From assembly GCF_046119375.1 (NCBI RefSeq), contig NW_027362763.1, positions 328,166,001 through 328,230,000 of the forward strand: 64,000 bases of DNA, in the 5' to 3' direction. Positions 51,511 through 63,660 of this stretch are shown one piece after another; within the stretch, counting starts at the first letter, position 1, and each line of letters starts with the position of its first letter. The translations under genes and the position numbers were made by a program. The stretch is from Phyllobates terribilis (Eukaryota). The notes beneath the pieces are model-generated. The model ran no database searches. It saw only the letters and a program-made list of their open reading frames with translations, and was not told the origin of the DNA.

Positions 51511-53020
51511 CATAAAGTCATCATAAGCATAGAAAGTCCTTACCAGCACCATTAGTAGAGAATATTAACTTATCCCTCTCTCTTTTTTAGATATCAAACA
51601 GCACATGCCAACAGCTGACATTTGTGCTGTTGCATTTCAATTACAATTACATATTTGTTTTTCATTTTCATTCTTGCTGCACTAGAATGCAGGAAGCCAG
51701 CCCATTAAGTTTTACAGAAATAAAAATCTGAAATCTGTGTCAGTTAGACACAGTGTGCTTGTAAATGAGTTAATGCTGGATAGCACCACATGAAGAGATT
51801 AGCTGTATTACATAATTTGTTGTTATTTTGCTGAATGATATACTGCAATTACATGACACTAAAGTGAAGTAATTTGATTTTATGGTTAAAGCAAAGATTT
51901 ATATTCCAATTGTGTAAAGGATATGAGAGGATAGGCAGCTGACCAAGGAAGAGTTACAGGGAGTTAGCCCTGCAGCTGGGAAGACTCTCGGAAGATGTTA
52001 CTAGGTTCAATGTTCAGTGTAAATTGTGCTGTGTATACAATATATGATACTGTACATTTAGTGCATGTTGTCTATGCTTGCTACTGTAGAGTGAGGTTTT
52101 AGCACAATTTAGTCCTCATTTTGGTCTTTGAGGAATAATTTTAAAATTGTTGAAGATTGTAGAAGAAGTGAGGAGTAGGGATGAGCAGACCCGTGGATGT
52201 TCGAGTTCTTTGAGTTCAGCTGAATTTTAGTTAAAAGTTTGGTTCGGGTACCAGAACTCGAACCCGAACCAGAAACCCATAGAAGTCATTGGCGATTAGT
52301 GATCAGCAAATTTGCTCAAAATCAGATGTTACAACTTAAATTCGACACGAATATGGCACATTCGGATTTGTGATCAGAAATGAGAGCAAAATTTCATAAA
52401 ATCGGGAAAAATCAGCAACGTTCTGCGAATAAGTGTGGGAACATGATTGCAGGGCAACTACAGTGTTTTTAACTGTTTTGCTAGCATAGTGCTTGTGTAT
52501 GATGAGCGGGGGGATGTGGTAGATGAGTGTGGGGGCTGGTAATAGCTTAGAACAGATCAGTGTGCTTGTAATTATTTTTTTTCTTCATGTAGGTGATAAC
52601 TTTAAGTCAGGAAAGCACGGCTAGCCAATCAGAAGGCAGGAAGCATCCACACTGTCCAGACACAAAGGCTTCGGCAATTGGCTGCTGAAATCACATGTCC
52701 TCTTTATATAAAAACTGCCCACGTTCCCTCAACGCCATTTTATCCATGTTACTGAAGGAGATAGACGCTGCTGAGTGTGCGCCTGTGTACTGAGAGATAT
52801 TAGCTAGCTAGATGGTCACTTATTTGAAAGTCAGATAGTGTAGATAAGTCCTATGCTGTGTACTTGTTCAATCGACCTTGCAGCAATTTTTTTTTTTCTT
52901 GTGTAATTACTGAGATTTTGAAAGAAAGAGCAGGGCCCATGCCATAGAACAGTGTTGTGCACCAGTTGTACTGCGCTCCATGCAGGAGTATACCTTCAAT
53001 CTATTTTTGCACTTGCTAAT

Positions 53021-54034
53021 TGTTACGGGTCCGGGTGGTGGAACCTCTGTGCCAAGGTGCAAGGAGGGACCCAGAGGGGCGTGACTAAGTATCAACCCGA
53101 ACCAACCCTGGTCGTACGGCAGCAAATGACACCGTGACCAGGGAGGATCTGGGCTGAGGGACCAGGTGCTACTCTGGGGACGACCTTGTAAGAGAGCAGG
53201 TGGCTCCCACGGGTCAGATGGCTGGGACTGACCGGTATGGCGGATGGACACGGCAAGCAGGCAGAAGTCTCTGGTGGCAGACAGGTGGTCACGGTACGTG
53301 ACGGCAGATCAGGAAGTAGTCTCTGGTTTTACCAGGCAGGTGGTCACAGCAAGTGATGGCACAGCCTCCAGGCAGGCTGGCAGGAACAGGCGGGCGCTCC
53401 CAGGTGAGCGGGCAGACTGACTAGGCAGGAAACAGGCAGGTAACAGGTGAGCGCTCTCAGGTGAGCGGGCTGACAGACTCTGCAGGTAATAGACGGATGC
53501 TCCCAGGTGAGCGGACTGGCAGACAGGGCAGGTAACAGGTGGATGCTCCCAGGTGAGCAGACTGGCAGACAGGGCAGGTAACAGGCGAATGCTCCCAGGT
53601 GAGCGGACTGGCAGACATGGCAGGTAACAGGCAGGTAACAGGTGAATGCTCCAGGTGAGCAGGCTGGCAGGCTCGGCAGGTAATGGGCAGAAAACAGGCT
53701 GGCAGGCAAGACGAGGAGTCAGGCTAGCAACGAGACCTGAGGGCTGAAGCAGAGATCAGACACTGTGCAACAACTTTGCTCGGGCACCTTGATTTTGGAG
53801 GAGGTGCCTTATATATGGGAGGTCCTCCAGCAATTGGCCTGGGACTCCTTAGGACGATGCGCGCGGTCCCTTTAAGAGAGGGGGGAGCGCGCGTGCGCCC
53901 TAAGCACATTGCCAGGGTAGGAGCGCGCGCCGGCAGCAGCGGGGGGAGAAGCGCTGGAGGACGCCGCGCCAGGAGCGGGAAGGTGAGAGAGACGGCGTCT
54001 CTGCCTAGCAAGGGGCAGAGACGCCGATGCTGCA
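53021..54034 (-). repeat. 3' LTR (1014 bp)
   Basis: TGTTAC...GCTGCA. Roughly 4% divergent from the 5' LTR by eye over the first ~350 bp. Confidence 0.95.
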
Positions 54035-54066
54035 GTAGCCCCCCCCTTTAGGCCCCCTCTTTTTTT
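54035..54066 (-). other. Polypurine tract
   Basis: The minus strand reads AAAAAAGAGGGGGCCTAAAGGGGGGGGGCTAC immediately before the 3' LTR. Confidence 0.85.
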
Positions 54067-57000
54067 GGCCTGAAAGAAATTTTTCAAGGAGAAGCGGGGC
54101 CTGGATGTTCTCCCTGGGTTCGCAAGTTCTCTCCTCAGGACCAAACCCCTTCCAATCTACCAGAAAAAAGGTCTTTCCTCTTACCCTCTTGGTGGCCAGA
54201 ATACTCCCTACCTCAAAGACGTCCTCTGTGGAAACCGGAGCCGGAGGAGTACCTGGATTGTTGGAAAAAGAGTTAAAGACAACAGGTTTGAGGAGAGATA
54301 CTTGGAAGGAGTTGGGAATCCGTAAGGTGGCCAGGAGTTTTAACTTGTAGGCCACTGGATTAATTTGTTTGAGGATTTCGAAAGGGCCGATGAAGCGAGG
54401 ACCTAACTTGTAGGAGGGTATCTTGAGCCGCACATGTTTGGAGGAGAGCCAAACCTTGTCTCCCGGACGGAATTGAGGCGGATCCAGACGTCTCTTATCA
54501 GCATATCTCTTCATCCACTCAGAGGACTGAAGAAGTGCGGACCTAGTACTCTCCCAAATGGTAGAAAACTCGCTGACAAGAGACTCCGCGGCAGGGTTGC
54601 CCACAGAAGCGGAGACGGGAAACGGAATCCGGGGGTGTTGGCCATAGACAATAAAGAACGGGGACTTGGAAGAGGATTCGCTCTCGTGGTTAATATAAGA
54701 GAATTCGGCCCAAGGAAGGAGGTCCACCCAATCAGAATGGTGGGCATTAACAAAGTGCCGGAGGTAGCTGGTAAGGATCTGATTGATCCGCTCCACTTGA
54801 CCATTGGACTGAGGGTGGTAAGTGGAGGAGAAATCCAGGGTGACATCCAGCAGTTTACATGAGGCTCTCCAGAAGTGTGAGGTGAACTGAACCCCTCGAT
54901 CCGACACGATGTGGAGGGGTAGGCCATGGAGACGGTAGATATGGCAGATAAAGTCCATAGCCAGCTCAGGTGCAGACGGGAGACCAGGCAGGGGAATGAA
55001 GTGGGCCATTTTAGAAAAGCGGTCCGCGACCACCCAAATGACAGTACACCTGGCAGAAACAGGGAGATCGGTAATGAAGTCCATAGCGATGTGTTGCCAC
55101 GGGGCAACAGGTATGGGAAGCGGCAGGAGATGACCGGCTGGTAAGTGTCTGGGAACTTTGTTGCAGCCACAAGATGAACAGGCAGAGACGAAGTCTACCA
55201 CATCCTTACGCAGGGTAGACCACCAGTAATGCTGGGAAATGAGCAGGAAGGTCTTCTTTTGGCCGGCATGGCCAGCTAGTTTAGAAGAATGACCCCAGCG
55301 AAGAACCTTCTCACAGTCAGGAACCGCCACGAACGTCTTGCCGGGTGGAAGACGAGTCAAATCCAAGGGGGCCATATTCATCACCTTGGAGGGGTCGATA
55401 ATGTGCATAGGCTCCTCCTCTTGGTCGGAGGACAGGAAGGATCGGGACAAGGCATCAGCTTTGACATTCTTGTCAGCCGGGCGGAAATGAAGGATGAAAT
55501 CGAAGCGGGCAAAAAACAAAGACCACCGGGCCTGACGTGGATTAAGTCTCTGGGCATTTTGGAGATATGCCAGATTTTTGTGATCCGTGTAGATGATCAC
55601 CGGGTATAGAGCCCCTTCAAGCAGATAGCGCCACTCTTCCAGCGCCAATTTGACGGCTAGCAATTCTCCATCTCCTATGGAGTAATTGCGCTCAGAGGAG
55701 GAGAAGATTTTGGAGAAAAAGCCGCAGGTTACCATTCTCACGGATGAAGACTTTTGGGTGAGCACCGCTCCAGCTCCAGAGGAGGAAGCATCAACCTCCA
55801 GGTAGAATTGTTTGTTGCAGTCCGGACGGTGCAGCACAGGGGCAGAGGAGAAGGCTTGCTTCAGGGAAAGGAAGGCCTCCTCAGCTTCGGGTGGCCATAC
55901 CTTGGGATTTGCTCCCTTACGGGCGCAGAAATGGGAGCAGTCCGAGACGAGAAGTGTGGAATGAAGAGACGATAGTAATTAGCGAAGCCCAGGAATCGCT
56001 GTATCGCCTTCAACCCCTCCGGACGGGGCCACTTTCGGGATCCATTCGCAAGCCTGTCTGGGAGATAACATAGCCCAGGAATGGAAGAGAGGTCTGCTCG
56101 AAGAGGCACTTCTCGTATTTAGCATAGAGGTGGTTCTGCCTGAGCAGGACATGACGAACATCCCTCCGGTGTGTGGGAAGATCCGGAGAGAAGACCAAGA
56201 TGTCGTCCAGGTATACCACCACGCAGGAGTAAAGAAGGTCACGGAAGATGTCGTTGACCAGTTCTTGGAAGACAGCGGGAGCATTGCAGAGGCCGAAGGG
56301 CATCACACGGTACTCGTAGTGTCCGTCCGGGGTATTAAATGCCGTTTTCCACTCGTCTCCTTGACGGATACGGACCAGATTATACGCTCCACGAAGATCT
56401 AGCTTGGAAAAGATCCTGGCGCCTTTAAGGTGATCAAATAACTCGGAGATGAGCGTCAGGGGGTATTTATTTTTAACCGTGATCTGATTGAGTCCTCTAT
56501 AGTCAATACAGGGGCGTAGCGAGCCATCCTTTTTTTTGACAAAGAAGAATCCGGCTCCAGCCGGGGAAGTAGACTTCCGGATGAATCCCCTAGTCAGATT
56601 CTTCTCTATGTACTCAGACATGGCCCGGGTTTCAGTTGCAGACAACGGATAAATACGCCCACGGGGTGGAGTGGCGCCAGGTACCAGGTCGATCGGGCAA
56701 TCATATGGCCTATGAGGTGGCAATGTCTCTGCTTCCTTTTTACCGAAGACGTCAGCATAGGGCCAGTAAGGAGCCGGAAGACCGGGCAAATTAGCTGGGG
56801 TAGGTGGTGGACGAACCGGACGAACCAGAACCAGGCAGGTCTTATGGCAGGTCGGCCCCACCGGAGTACTTCACCGGAATGCCAGTTCAACACAGGTTCA
56901 TGTGTCTGAAGCAAAGGTAGGCCTAGCAATAGGGAGTGGGAGAGTCCGGGTAGCACATGGAAGGAGATTACCTAAGAGTGCAGCATTCCCACCTGCAAGG

Positions 57001-57231
57001 TTATGGGTTCCGTGATGAGCAGAATGGTCACCGGAAGGAGTCCTCCATCCACAGAGGCGACTGACAATGGTTCAGCCAGAGACTTGGTGGGAATATGGTA
57101 TTTCTCAACCAGGAACTGGGAAATGAGGTTTCCAGCGGATCCAGAATCCAGGTGGGCGAGTTCAAAGTGACGGTTCTCTCCCCAGGAGATAGAGACAGAC
57201 AAAGTCAGGGATGGAGAGGAATTACTTTTGT

Positions 57232-58205
57232 CTAGGGCAACCTCTCCGAGCGGTCCAAGACACTGGAGTTTCCCGGCCTCTCCGGGCAGGAACGGATCAG
57301 GTGCTCCTTACTGCCACAATAGAAACAGCTCCCCTCGGCTCAGCGTGACTCTTGGCGAGATTTGACCATCTTGGTCTGGTCGATCTGCATGGGCTCGGTA
57401 GAGTGCGCCCGGGGAGTGACAGAAGAGGAGACAGGTCTCTGGAAAGTAGGAGCGAGGCGGGGAATCCTTCTCTCACGGGTGGTCTCTTTGGTGCGCTCTT
57501 GAAACCGGATATCAATCCGGGTAGCCAGTGAAACCAGGTCATTCAGGGTGGTAGGAATGTCCCGACCTGCGAGCTCATCTTTAATCCGACCGGAAAGACC
57601 CTCCCAGAAGACGGACACCAGGGCTTCGTTATCCCAGGCAAGCTCAGAAGCGAGTGTGCGGAACCATATGGCATATTGGCCCACGGTGAGACTCCCTTGG
57701 CGTAGATGTAGCAGAGAGGAGGCTGATGAGGTCTTACGTCCTGGTTCATCGAAAACTCTCCGGAAAGCTGTGAGGAAAGACAACAGGTCGGACACCAGGG
57801 GGTCCCCTCTCTCCCACAGGGGGTTAAGCCATGCCAGTGCCTCCCCAGTGAGATGGGACATGATGAATGCCACTTTGGCCCGGGTGGAGATAAACTGATG
57901 AGCCAAGAGTTCAAAGTGCAGAGTGCACTGGTTTATGAAGCCCCGAGCTTGAGCGGGGTCGCCTCCGAAATGAGGAGGTGCAGAAAGCGGGGTCCGGGGC
58001 AGGATGCCATGGTATTGTTGGGCAGCGGCGCTGCCGGGGTGCGAGTCGTGCGACTAGCGGTGGTTACTGGTGGAGCAGTCAGTGTGTCCAGGCGGGAGTT
58101 GACACTCCGCAGGTGGTTCAGGATGGACTCCTGTTGGGATCTCTGACGGGAGACTTCATGGTATAGGTCAGAGAGAGAGGGAGCTTGGGTGCCACCAGGT
58201 TCCAT
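57232..58205 (-). pseudogene. gag with retrotransposon capsid domain and CCHC zinc knuckle
   Basis: AKVAFIMSHLTGEALAW, LRQGSLTVGQYA and CFYCGSKEHLIRSC. One frameshift near 57920 and a TGA at 57342-57340. Confidence 0.92.
57268..57274 (-). promoter_or_regulatory. -1 ribosomal frameshift slippery site G GGA AAC
   Basis: In the gag phase; the -1 frame runs open into the DSG protease motif. Confidence 0.85.
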
Positions 58206-58206
58206 G

Positions 58207-58217
58207 GCCCGAGCAAA
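58207..58217 (-). other. Self-priming primer binding site TTTGCTCGGGC
   Basis: Lies 1 nt inside the 5' LTR boundary. Not tRNA-like (no TGG). Perfectly complementary to 59029-59019. Confidence 0.85.
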
Positions 58218-58218
58218 C

Positions 58219-59275
58219 TGTTATGGGTCCGGGTGGTGGAACCTCTGTGCCGAGGTGCAAGGAGGGACCCAGAGGGGCGTGACTAAGTATCAACCCAAAC
58301 CGACCCTGGTCATACGGCAGCAAACAACACCGTGACCAGGGAGGATGCGGGCTAAGGGACCAGGTGCTACTCTGGGGACGACCTTGTAAGAGAGCAGGTG
58401 GCTCCCACGGGTCAGATGGCTGGGACTGACCGGTATGGCGGATGGACACGGCAAGCAGGCAGAAGTCTCTGGTGGCAGACGGGTGGTCCCGGTACGTGAC
58501 GGCAGATCAGGAAGTAGTCTCTGGTTTTACCAGGCAGGTGGTCACAGCAAGTGACGGCAGAGCCTCCAGGCAGGCTGGCAGAAACAGGCGGGCGCTCCCA
58601 GGTGAGAGGGCAGACCGACTAGGCAGGAAACAGGCAGGTAACAGGTGAGCGCTCTCAGGTGAGCGGGCTGACGGACTCTGCAGGTAATAGACGGATGCTC
58701 CCAGGTGAGCGGACTGGCAGACAGGGCAGGTAACAGGCGGATGCTCCCAGGTGAGCGGACTGGCAGACAGGGAAGGTAACAGGCGGATGCTCCCAAGTGA
58801 GCGGACTGGCAGACAGGGCAGGTAACAGGCGGATGCTCCCAGGTGAGCAGACTGGCAGACAGGGCAGGTAACAGGCAGGTAACAGGTGAACGCTCCTGGT
58901 GAGCAGGCTGGCAGGCTCGGCAGGTAACGGGCAGAAAACAGGCTGGCAGGCAAGACGAGGAGTCAGGCTAGCAGCGAGACCTGAGGGCTGAAGCAGAGTT
59001 CAGAAACTGTGCAACAACTTTGCTCGGGCACCTCGATTTTGGAGGAGGTGCCTTATATATGGGAGGTCCTCCGGCAATTGACCGGGGACTCCTTAGGACG
59101 ACGCGCGCGGTCCTTTTAAGAGAGGGGTAGCGCACGCGCCCTAAGCACATTGCCGGGGAAGGAGCGCGCACCGGCAGCAGCGGGGGGAGAAGCGCTGGAG
59201 GATGCCGCACCAGGAGCGGGAAGGTGAGAGGGACGGTGTCTCTGCCTAGCAAGGGGCAGAGACGCCGATGCTACA
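58219..59275 (-). repeat. 5' LTR (1057 bp)
   Basis: TGTTAT...GCTACA. One extra ~43-bp internal repeat unit relative to the 3' LTR. Confidence 0.95.
59053..59059 (-). promoter_or_regulatory. LTR TATA box (TATATAA)
   Basis: Starts 30 nt upstream of the 11-mer that pairs with the PBS. Conserved in the 3' LTR. Confidence 0.75.
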
Positions 59276-59589
59276 CTAATGTGACAAAGCAAGCAAGCCC
59301 TTGTAGGCCACTTTTTGATTTTGTGGGGTTGAAATTCAGCAGAACTTGTCAGTGCAAAGAAAAACTTTTTTTCTTCATTTGCTAATGTGATAGCGCCAGC
59401 TGTGTTAGCCCAGGTTGTCATTTTTTTGGTGGGGGAACTTCATCTGTATGCACAGTAAAACAAATATATTTTTTCTGTAGGGGACATCTTAGTTTGAAAT
59501 TGTTCGTAGCTTATCTCCTATGTTATACATGCATCATCCACACTAAAAAAATACTTTCTTCTGTTACTAATGTCATACACTAGGGGACA

Positions 59590-60245
59590 TCTCAGGGTGC
59601 CAAGGGAGGGTGGTTCACTGCGATCAAGGGGGGTTAGTGATACCAGAAAAACTGTTAGTGAAGGTGTTAGTGAAGGCGAGGAACAAATGGAAGAGGTGAT
59701 GGGCGAGCAACAGTCAGAACATGAAGAGGATAATCATCCCCTCTCTGTTCGTGTTTGGCAAGAGGAAACAGAGGAAACAAGCATCAGAGTTACCCATCCA
59801 CCAGCACAGCATGGGCTTGAACCTTAGGAAAGAGCATGAGATATGAGTGTGTTCTTGCTTCACTATCTGCAACATGATCCCTGTATAGTTATGATTCAAA
59901 ATAGTGCTGACTACTGGGTTGCCACTCTGTTAGATCCACATTACGTATGAGAGTACATTTTGCTAGATGCTTCCCACCCTGGAAAGGGACCCGTGAATGC
60001 TGGAGTATCGAAACACGCTTTTACACAAACTTAACATAGGTTTTCCCCAAGCCAGCAGTGAGGCATACAGAGATCATCGCAGCTCTACACTTTCAACCTC
60101 CGGCGTGTCAATTTGTCAACATCAAACTATTAGCAGCAGCAGTAGTGTAAGTAGCAGAAGTAATTTCACACATTTTTTAGACCAGCTTGTGCACCTGCAC
60201 AACAGAATACAAGTCTGACACGTGGTGAACGACTGGAGATGATGG
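59590..60245 (+). pseudogene. Family-B transposase C-terminal fragment
   Basis: Colinear with 17420-18070 (EEQMEE..EEDNHPLSV, YWVATLLDP). Confidence 0.8.
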
Positions 60246-61035
60246 TGCACTCCTGATTGAGTCTCCATCTGCTGGGTTGGCTGTAGTGAAAGTGGTTTTG
60301 GTTCCTAATTCTACAATTTCTACTGTAGTGAAATTAATGCCACTTTGCTGGTGTCTGCCACTAATTTTTAGAAATGTGGAGAATCCTGATTGGGTCGTCT
60401 TCTTGAGCCAAACGCCAAACAGTTAATTAAAAGTTTGGGTTCGGAGTCCGGGGTCGAACAGTAGGTTTTCGGTACAGACCCCCGAACCTTAGTGTTAGGG
60501 TTCACCCATCACTAGTCTCTATCTATTGGATTTGGCTGAAGTGGAAGAGATTTCTGTCTCCATTAAACTACTTCTACTCTAGTGAAATTGATGCTACATT
60601 GGTGGTGTTAGGTCCTAATTTAGGGAAATGTAAACACTTCTGATTGAGTCTACATCTACTGGGTTGGCTGTACTGGAAGAGGCTATTTCTACTGTAGTAA
60701 AATTGATGCCACTTTGCTGGTGACTGCCACTAATTTTTGGAAATATGGGGAATCCTGATTGGGTCTCCATCTATTGGGTTTGGCTGTAGTGGAAGAGGTT
60801 TTGGTCTCCATTATACTACTTCTACTATAGTGAAATTTATGCCACTTTGCTGGTGTTAGGCCCTAATTTAAGGAAATGTGAACATTCCTGGTTAGGTCTC
60901 CATCTCCTGGGTTGGCTGTACTGGAAGATGTTTCAGTCCTAATTACACTATTTCTACTGTAGTGAAATTGATGCCACTTTGCTGGTGTCTGCCACTAATT
61001 TTTGGAAATATAGGGTATCCTCATTGGGTCTCTAT
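60245..61035. repeat. Family-B 3' tandem repeat, interrupted by a hAT terminus (60400-60514)
   Basis: Same unit as 18490-19085. Confidence 0.85.
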
Positions 61036-62641
61036 TAGTGATGGGCAAACCCATGACTGTTTTCCATACAGGGGTACATATTAGTAATGACAGAACACTA
61101 AATGTTCTCAACTTAGTGCTTGAGCGGTTTCTCAAATCCTACCCAGATCTGCCAGAGCTGCTTGTGAAAGTACAACGTGTGTGTGCCTATTTCAGAAAGT
61201 CAGCTATAGCTTCCGCCACCCTGTCAGTGCTTCAGCAGCATTTGCAGCTTCCAGCTCTCCGACTATTATGCTATGTCACCACATGTTGGAAATAAACATT
61301 ACAGATGTTGGGAAGGATTTGTGAGCAGAAAAGGGCAGTTATTGAGTACCATATTCATCGGCATTCAGATCAGCAAGGAACTATACAGCCCAGCCTTATC
61401 TCATCTCAATGCGGATTGGGTGATAATGAGTAGGAGGAAGAGGAAGAGGAGAACATGGACAGTCATCCTCTTGGGGAGGACAGGGAACTCTTGGCTGTCT
61501 TGGAAGTCTTGATACCCCTTTCAGTCTGTGGGAAAGCTATATGAGTTTTGCTTGTTGACCTTCAGTGGCCTAAACCGTGGCTTTGCTGATGCACGTTATT
61601 TCTCAAAATGCATTGCAGATCAGGCCATTGTCCAACTCTTTAGTGATTAAATTCAAGGAGTAAAAAAGATGTTTGTCTGTGACTAAGCACCACTGAGTAG
61701 TGTGAGCTGATGATGGATGGGCTGCCATTGCTTATGCAACAAGCTGCATTAGAGGAATTCCTGGGAGAAATGACAGCTGGACTAAGCACCACTGAGTAGT
61801 GTGAGCTGATGTTGGATGGGCTGCCATTGCTTATGCTTATGAAATGACAGCCGGAGTAGATATGATTTCCCTCAATGCCAGTCCTTTCACCGAGCTAAAG
61901 AATATGGCTGTGGTGAAATACAACTCTAACCGAGAAGCAGTGTCAGACTGAAGAACATTGGGTCCACCAGAGGATTTAATTCTAAGGGACCACCTTTCTC
62001 TCCCACTAAAGGGCCCCATAGCCGATGCAAGGTTTGCGCTATGAACTCTCCTGAAGGAGAGCCAGGGCCTCTGGTTCTCTGATGGGCCCGTCCAACCCTG
62101 CCAAGAAGCTGCCCTGGCTAAGAAAAGTCTGTGGACTGGCTCCAGTGAGAGGTACCATCCCTGTCCACATTCACTTGTCCATGTGTTTGTTGTTAGGCGG
62201 ACCTTCCCACTAAGTGCACTGGGGTGGGCACGGGTAGTGTTCTGGGACCCGTGCTTGTGGAAGGCGGGGATGACACCGGGAGAAATAGTGGCAGCTGGGG
62301 ACCGAGTATGGAGACCCGGCCACCGCCATGAGGTTATGAAAAGCTTCCACCTCCACAAGCCTAAAAGGCAACATTTCAAGTGCAAGCAGATGTCCAGAAA
62401 TGTGACAGTTTAGCATTGCGGCCTGTCTGTGGGTGGGTGGGTGGCTGGCTGTATACTTGCGCTTGCATTCCAAGTAATTGAAAACTAAGGAGATGGATGG
62501 CCTCATCATAATCACAACCTTCAAGGTTTGCGCTATGAACTCTCCTGAAGGAGAAGCCATGGCCCACCAGAGGATTCTCCTGTTCTCTGGTGGGTCTGTT
62601 CAACCCTTCCGAAAAGCAGCCCTGGCTAAGAAAAGTCTGAG

Positions 62642-62759
62642 GGGGAAACCCACACAAACATGGTGAGAACATCTAAAATGTTTGCAGATGTTGTCCTTGG
62701 TGGAATTTGAACCCAGTGCTGCAAAGATTCAGTGCTAACCACTGAGTCACTGTGATGCC
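62642..62759 (-). mobile_element. V-SINE 5' part
   Basis: The reverse complement has A box TGACTCAGTGG, B box GGTTCAAATTCC and AAGGACAACATCTGCA. Confidence 0.75.
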
Positions 62760-63264
62760 CTCTCTGTTCTCCCTCTGATATCTAACATGCTGGAGAAACT
62801 TGCACCTACTACCACTCAGTATCTTCAGCTCCTTTATGGGAAACTAATATATTTGGGCAGCCACTCAGTCTACCAAATAAAATTCCCGAGAAGGAAATCG
62901 TGGATGGCTTCGCTGCTGGTACTGGGGGAACTGCTAATTCCATGACATCACGCCATACTTCACTGGAAATATTCCAGGCTAGTTGGAGCCAAGCTGATTA
63001 CCATAGAAAAGTACCAGCAGCAAGCTAAGGAAATGGTGGCCTCTATCATCATCATGATCTCGGCACTATGAACTCTCCTGAAGGAGAAGACAGGGCCCAC
63101 CAAAGGATTTTCCAGTTCTCAGATGGGCCCATCCAACCCTGCCGAGAAGCAGCGCTGGCTAAGAAAAGTCTGTGGGAAGGTTCCCAAACACTCTATTGCT
63201 GCTTTTTACTGTGGACTGGCTTCAGCGATCCATAAGATTGCAATCTATATGATCCCTTTAATGG

Positions 63265-63660
63265 CTCCCAATTAGCCAGCGTATCCAGTTCAAACTACTA
63301 ACACTGATGCACAAAGCCATTCATAACCTTTGTTCTCCTTACTTCTCTGAACTAATCTCCCGATATATTCCCTTACGTAATCTCCGGTCCTCCCAAGACC
63401 TCCTTCTCTCCACATTTATTTGTTCCTCACCCAATCGCCTCCAGTACTTCTACCAAATATCCCCCATCCTCTGAAATTCTGTGCCTCAACACATCCGATT
63501 AGCCACCACATTCAGATCCTTCATACACAACCTGAAAACCCATCTCTCCAAGACAGCCTACAGCCTGCCATTGCCCCGCTGCCACCTCAACATCAGCGAA
63601 GCTAATGTAACTCCACAACCTACTGTCTCCTTCCCCACCATCCTGTAGAATGTAAGGCTG
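63265..63660 (+). mobile_element. L2 LINE ORF2 C-terminus and 3' UTR
   Basis: QRIQFKLLTLMHKAIHNL...LRNLRSSQDLLL...*NSVPQHIRLATTFRSFIHNLKTHL. Confidence 0.8.

Larger units (their letters stand above)
54005..57274 (-). pseudogene. pol: protease, RT, RNase H, integrase with GPY/F motif and chromodomain; stops and frameshifts present
   Basis: [26 protein letters not shown]-x6-H...CSSC, MDFITDL / SDRGVQF / GQVERIN, GPRFIGPF and FEVGSIL..FLVDWKGFG. Confidence 0.96.
53021..59275 (-). mobile_element. Full-length Ty3/gypsy chromovirus (Tf1/sushi group), decayed
   Basis: LTRs at 53021-54034 and 58219-59275. Perfect 5-bp TSD CTAAT. Order gag-PR-RT-RH-IN-chromodomain. PPT present. Confidence 0.97.
52299..61035 (+). 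mobile_element. Internally deleted family-B hAT (B3), host of the gypsy element; boundaries approximate
   Basis: 52600-53020 plus 59281-59400 match the reverse complement of 40400-41010. Transposase C-terminal fragment at 59590-60245. 3' repeats at 60245-61035. Confidence 0.65.

Noticed and set aside
43000-52170. Further ATP13A4-like exons in the AT-rich unique-looking stretches
   Set aside because: No segment with both splice signals and P5B-like peptide was found by eye.
54105-58166. Plus-strand ORFs opposite gag/pol as an antisense gene
   Set aside because: Short shadow ORFs of a GC-rich coding strand with no motifs.
54005-58205. Domesticated PEG10/RTL-like host gene
   Set aside because: Both LTRs and the TSD are present and gag and pol carry stops and frameshifts, so it is a decaying retrotransposon.
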